Below are positions 54,304 through 56,616 of a stretch of DNA of 56,616 nucleotides, in pieces (within the stretch, counting starts at the first letter, position 1; the number at the start of each line of letters is the position of its first letter). The position numbers were made by a program, and so were the translations under genes. The notes below the pieces were generated by a model that was given only the letters and a program-made list of their open reading frames with translations, had not been told where the DNA came from and ran no database searches. Origin of the DNA: a virus (taxonomy: Duplodnaviria > Caudoviricetes); the IMG/VR virus record IMGVR_UViG_3300044641_000673, positions 1 to 56,616 of that record; one strand, 5' to 3'.

Positions 54304-54881
54304 TTCTGTCCGGCTTTAGCGAGCAAGCGGCTCATGTTCTCAAGCTCCTCATCACTGAGGTTCTTCAGGTCTACCGCCGCGAGTGCAATCGGTCCTCCGT
54401 TTGAGCCGGTGTGCTCTTGCGTGATCTTGTCGCCGTAGACCTTGGGCAGCATCTTGCTAAGCATCCACTTGCGCGTGTCAATCTGAACCCGCTTGTGCGC
54501 GATGACGTCGCTGTTGAGCGGCATCAGCATCTGCTTGAGCAGGGGTTCACCCTTCTCATCAAACATCGGGTCGCCGTTCGGGTCGAGCTTCTGCACCGTC
54601 ACCCACTCGTGCGTCTTGTCGCTCAGTGCGACGATCTCATCAGCGAGCAGAGCGTAGCCGATCTCTCGCGCGTGCGCGTAGTCCTTCCCCACGCCGCTGG
54701 GGTCTTTGTTCACCCACTCCAGAAACGTAGCAACAGAGGGCATCCCCTCTGCTTTGCAGATTGACTCAAGAGAGCGCCCGACCTTCAACTCCTCACAGAT
54801 CTGAGCAGAGACGACCTCGCGGTCGTACTTGCGTGCTTGCAGGTGCACTGCGCCTTTGGTGTTGTGTTTTGTGGTAGCCAT
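54300..54881 (-). CDS. terS: Terminase small subunit (Sf6/P22-like)
   Basis: ICEEL..GRSL..IC...GMPS..T..EW; YAHARE; IDTRKW.LSK..PKVYGDK; EHTG.NGGPI. Confidence 0.88.
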   Translation of the reverse strand: MATTKHNTKGAVHLQARKYDREVVSAQICEELKVGRSLESICKAEGMPSVATFLEWVNKDPSGVGKDYAHAREIGYALLADEIVALSDKTHEWVTVQKLDPNGDPMFDEKGEPLLKQMLMPLNSDVIAHKRVQIDTRKWMLSKMLPKVYGDKITQEHTGSNGGPIALAAVDLKNLSDEELENMSRLLAKAGQK

Positions 54882-54888
54882 GTTTCTG

Positions 54889-54917
54889 ATTATACCTTTC
54901 CGATTCAAAAAAGACAA
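54889..54917 (-). promoter_or_regulatory. sigma70-type promoter of the late operon (apparently leaderless terS)
   Basis: TTGTCT-17 nt-TATAAT-7 nt-ATG. Confidence 0.68.
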
Positions 54918-54920
54918 GTT

Positions 54921-55240
54921 GAAAAGTGATCGTTCGTTCGTCTATATAGAGAGGGACCGAACGAACGATTACTTTCGCCTACAAAATGACAAAGTCCGAA
55001 AATTCCCGAACGATTACTCCGAACGATTACCCGAACGATCACATCACAGAACATACGAAACCCTCACTCCGTTAGGCTCCTGAGACGTTCGGTGAACCTT
55101 CTGATCGGCTCCGGAGAGAGGACGACAGTCCCTCTCCTCCGGCGTTCCGAACGTATCCAGACAAGGCAAAAAGCTAATCGTTCGTTCGGCGCGATCGTTC
55201 GAACGATTACCCGAACGATTAAACCGAACGATTACTTTTT
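54921..55240. repeat. Non-coding field of (CC)GAACGAT(TAC) direct and inverted repeats; candidate origin or pac region
   Basis: About 10 GAACGAT cores in both orientations; 18-bp inverted repeat 54923-54940 / 54958-54975. Confidence 0.85.
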
Positions 55241-55401
55241 CAGTCATCATCACCCTCCATACTTTCTTGTATCAGTTGCAGTTTCACAAATTCCAATGCA
55301 CCAATTACTGTCGCCATGTACAAAGAGTCGTCGTATTTGTGAACAGTTTTGAGCACGTCTTCAATCAACCCATCAACAAGTTTGCCTTGGTTCAGGTTCA
55401 T
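55240..55401 (-). CDS. Small hypothetical protein (53 aa, MNLNQGKLVDGLIEDV...)
   Basis: Translated by hand; ATGA overlap, SD aaggag. Confidence 0.62.
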   Translation of the reverse strand: MNLNQGKLVDGLIEDVLKTVHKYDDSLYMATVIGALEFVKLQLIQESMEGDDD

Positions 55402-56027
55402 GTTCTCTCCTTGATGTCGTAGAACCAGTCATCACCGGCAGACCACTTCCGTGTGCCGTCAACGGTCCACAATCTTTGCGCCGCTTGAAAGTCGGGGAAC
55501 TTCGTCTCAGCGGGTATCAGGCTTTGATCGTACCACAGGCAGCGGTTGTTCGGTTGACATGCAAACTGTCCGTTGTCAAGGGCGATCCAGTTGAAGGACT
55601 TGTGCTCCTCGGCTTGTTCAGTAAACGTCGTGTCCAGCTCCATTCCGTCAGCACAGAAGTCCACGGTAAACAGGTAGCGCCCAAAGTGCCACTCCTTGTC
55701 TTTACCGAGAAACTTTACGCCGAGGTTGCGCAGACCGATCTTCTCAAGTATGGTAAAGCGGTAGCTCATGCAGTCCCACAGTTGAAGCGTATCAACGGGT
55801 AGGTTGCCCGCTTCAGCGTGCCAGACGTAGGCGTGTATCGGCAGCTTGTCGTAGAGAGCGCCGTAGGCGGGTAGCAGCGACTCGATGCGGAACACTTGAC
55901 CACGTAGCGCCTTGAGACTGATCCACACGGCGGGTTCAAGCTCGTTGTGACCTTTGTGGTCGTTGTAAAGGAACTCCCGCTTCACAAAGCATTTGAGCGG
56001 GGGCAGCGAGGCAACAATGTAGCTCAT
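55398..56027 (-). CDS. Conserved phage protein of unknown function
   Basis: 209 aa; FVKREFLY, GALYDKLPI.A, QLWDC, YLFTVD, EHKS, LDNGQFACQPNNR. Confidence 0.8.
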   Translation of the reverse strand: MSYIVASLPPLKCFVKREFLYNDHKGHNELEPAVWISLKALRGQVFRIESLLPAYGALYDKLPIHAYVWHAEAGNLPVDTLQLWDCMSYRFTILEKIGLRNLGVKFLGKDKEWHFGRYLFTVDFCADGMELDTTFTEQAEEHKSFNWIALDNGQFACQPNNRCLWYDQSLIPAETKFPDFQAAQRLWTVDGTRKWSAGDDWFYDIKERT

Positions 56028-56116
56028 TTAATGCTCCTCATGAATGTGTTGCACCTTGCGCATTTGTAGATAGGTTGTCCTTCAACAGGTATCCAGCGGT
56101 GTTGGCATTCGCTCAT
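56024..56116 (-). CDS. Zn-finger micro-protein (30 aa, MSECQHRW...YKCARCNTF)
   Basis: Translated by hand; CxH...CxxC; ATGA overlaps on both sides. Confidence 0.55.
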   Translation of the reverse strand: MSECQHRWIPVEGQPIYKCARCNTFMRSIK

Positions 56117-56400
56117 GTGTTCTTCTCCTTTAGTTTTGCTTGCACTGCTAACGCAAACTCTTCATCTCCGGTATATGCTAAGTGACAAAGATAGTCAAGG
56201 TCTTCATCCGTCAGCCCAACCCATGTGCGATGTGCCAAGGCTTCTTTGATGGCATCTTCCATTAACTGCTCAAACTTTGCTCTGGTCACATCAGATTTTT
56301 TATTCTGACTTTCATACTCGTGGTCTGCTTGATACCAATAGTCTTGACCAAGTTGAAACGCTTGTTTAAATGCCTTCTTCAATGCTTCGTCTTTAGTCAT
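56113..56400 (-). CDS. Hypothetical protein with W.GLT.E...AKLKEKNT module
   Basis: 95 aa, coupled. Confidence 0.7.
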   Translation of the reverse strand: MTKDEALKKAFKQAFQLGQDYWYQADHEYESQNKKSDVTRAKFEQLMEDAIKEALAHRTWVGLTDEDLDYLCHLAYTGDEEFALAVQAKLKEKNT

Positions 56401-56558
56401 GTGTTCTTCTCCTTAAGTTTGGCTTCAATGGCTCGGTAGACTTCGTAATTTGTTGCCACAGCATCAAAAGTTTTTAATCTAATTTCTGATATCTCTTCTT
56501 CCGTCAACCCACGCCATGGGCGCACGTATTCTTGAATGTCGTCATCATCGTCGTTCAT
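56397..56558 (-). CDS. Hypothetical protein with W.GLT.E...AKLKEKNT module (53 aa)
   Basis: Translated by hand: MNDDDDDIQEYVRPWRGLTEEE...IEAKLKEKNT. Confidence 0.65.
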   Translation of the reverse strand: MNDDDDDIQEYVRPWRGLTEEEISEIRLKTFDAVATNYEVYRAIEAKLKEKNT

Positions 56559-56616
56559 GCGTTCACCCTAAATCTGATTGTTTCAGCGGCGTACTCAAGC
56601 CCGAGGTCGTCGCAGA
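56490..56616. repeat. Terminal direct repeat, copy 2
   Basis: Identical to 1-127. Confidence 0.95.

Noticed and set aside
54921-55240. CRISPR or mini-CRISPR array
   Set aside because: Repeats are only 7-12 bp, occur in both orientations and lack regular unique spacers
1-56616. tRNA genes, introns/inteins or stop-codon reassignment
   Set aside because: No cloverleaf or T-loop signature seen in the short intergenic gaps; core genes are uninterrupted and of normal length under the standard code

Overview
This window is an essentially complete, circularly assembled dsDNA tailed-phage genome of about 56.49 kb; bases 1-127 are repeated exactly at 56490-56616. I see no integrase or repressor, so it is probably lytic. 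Morphogenesis is podovirus-type: Sf6/P22-like TerS, TerL, portal, scaffold, MCP, adaptor and nozzle, four large internal/ejection proteins, and no tail tube or sheath. Layout: (i) minus-strand primase-polymerase/helicase and SF2 helicase; (ii) a divergent plus-strand early/replication arm with a full thymidine-hypermodification cluster (PLP enzyme, amino-acid:DNA transferase, P-loop kinase, 5-hmdU DNA kinase, dUMP hydroxymethylase-type TS, HD nucleotidase, DUF3310), then PolB, Sak4-like ATPase, SSB, Cas4-like nuclease and RuvC; (iii) a long minus-strand packaging, virion and lysis arm. Most unusual: (1) a recurrent [FYMW]-A-[KEDQ]-G-G motif in four otherwise unrelated virion-arm proteins, falling at the domain borders of a 969-aa polyvalent protein encoded between terL and portal, which may be a cargo targeting or processing system; (2) RTX-type Ca2+-binding repeats inside an ejection protein; (3) a T4 gpT-like holin together with a 3TM holin around a GH108 lysin; (4) a pseudoknot-forming leader behind the MCP gene; (5) an iteron/cruciform field beside an apparently leaderless terS; (6) 22-bp start-associated repeats. 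All family calls come from motif recognition by eye, without database searches.
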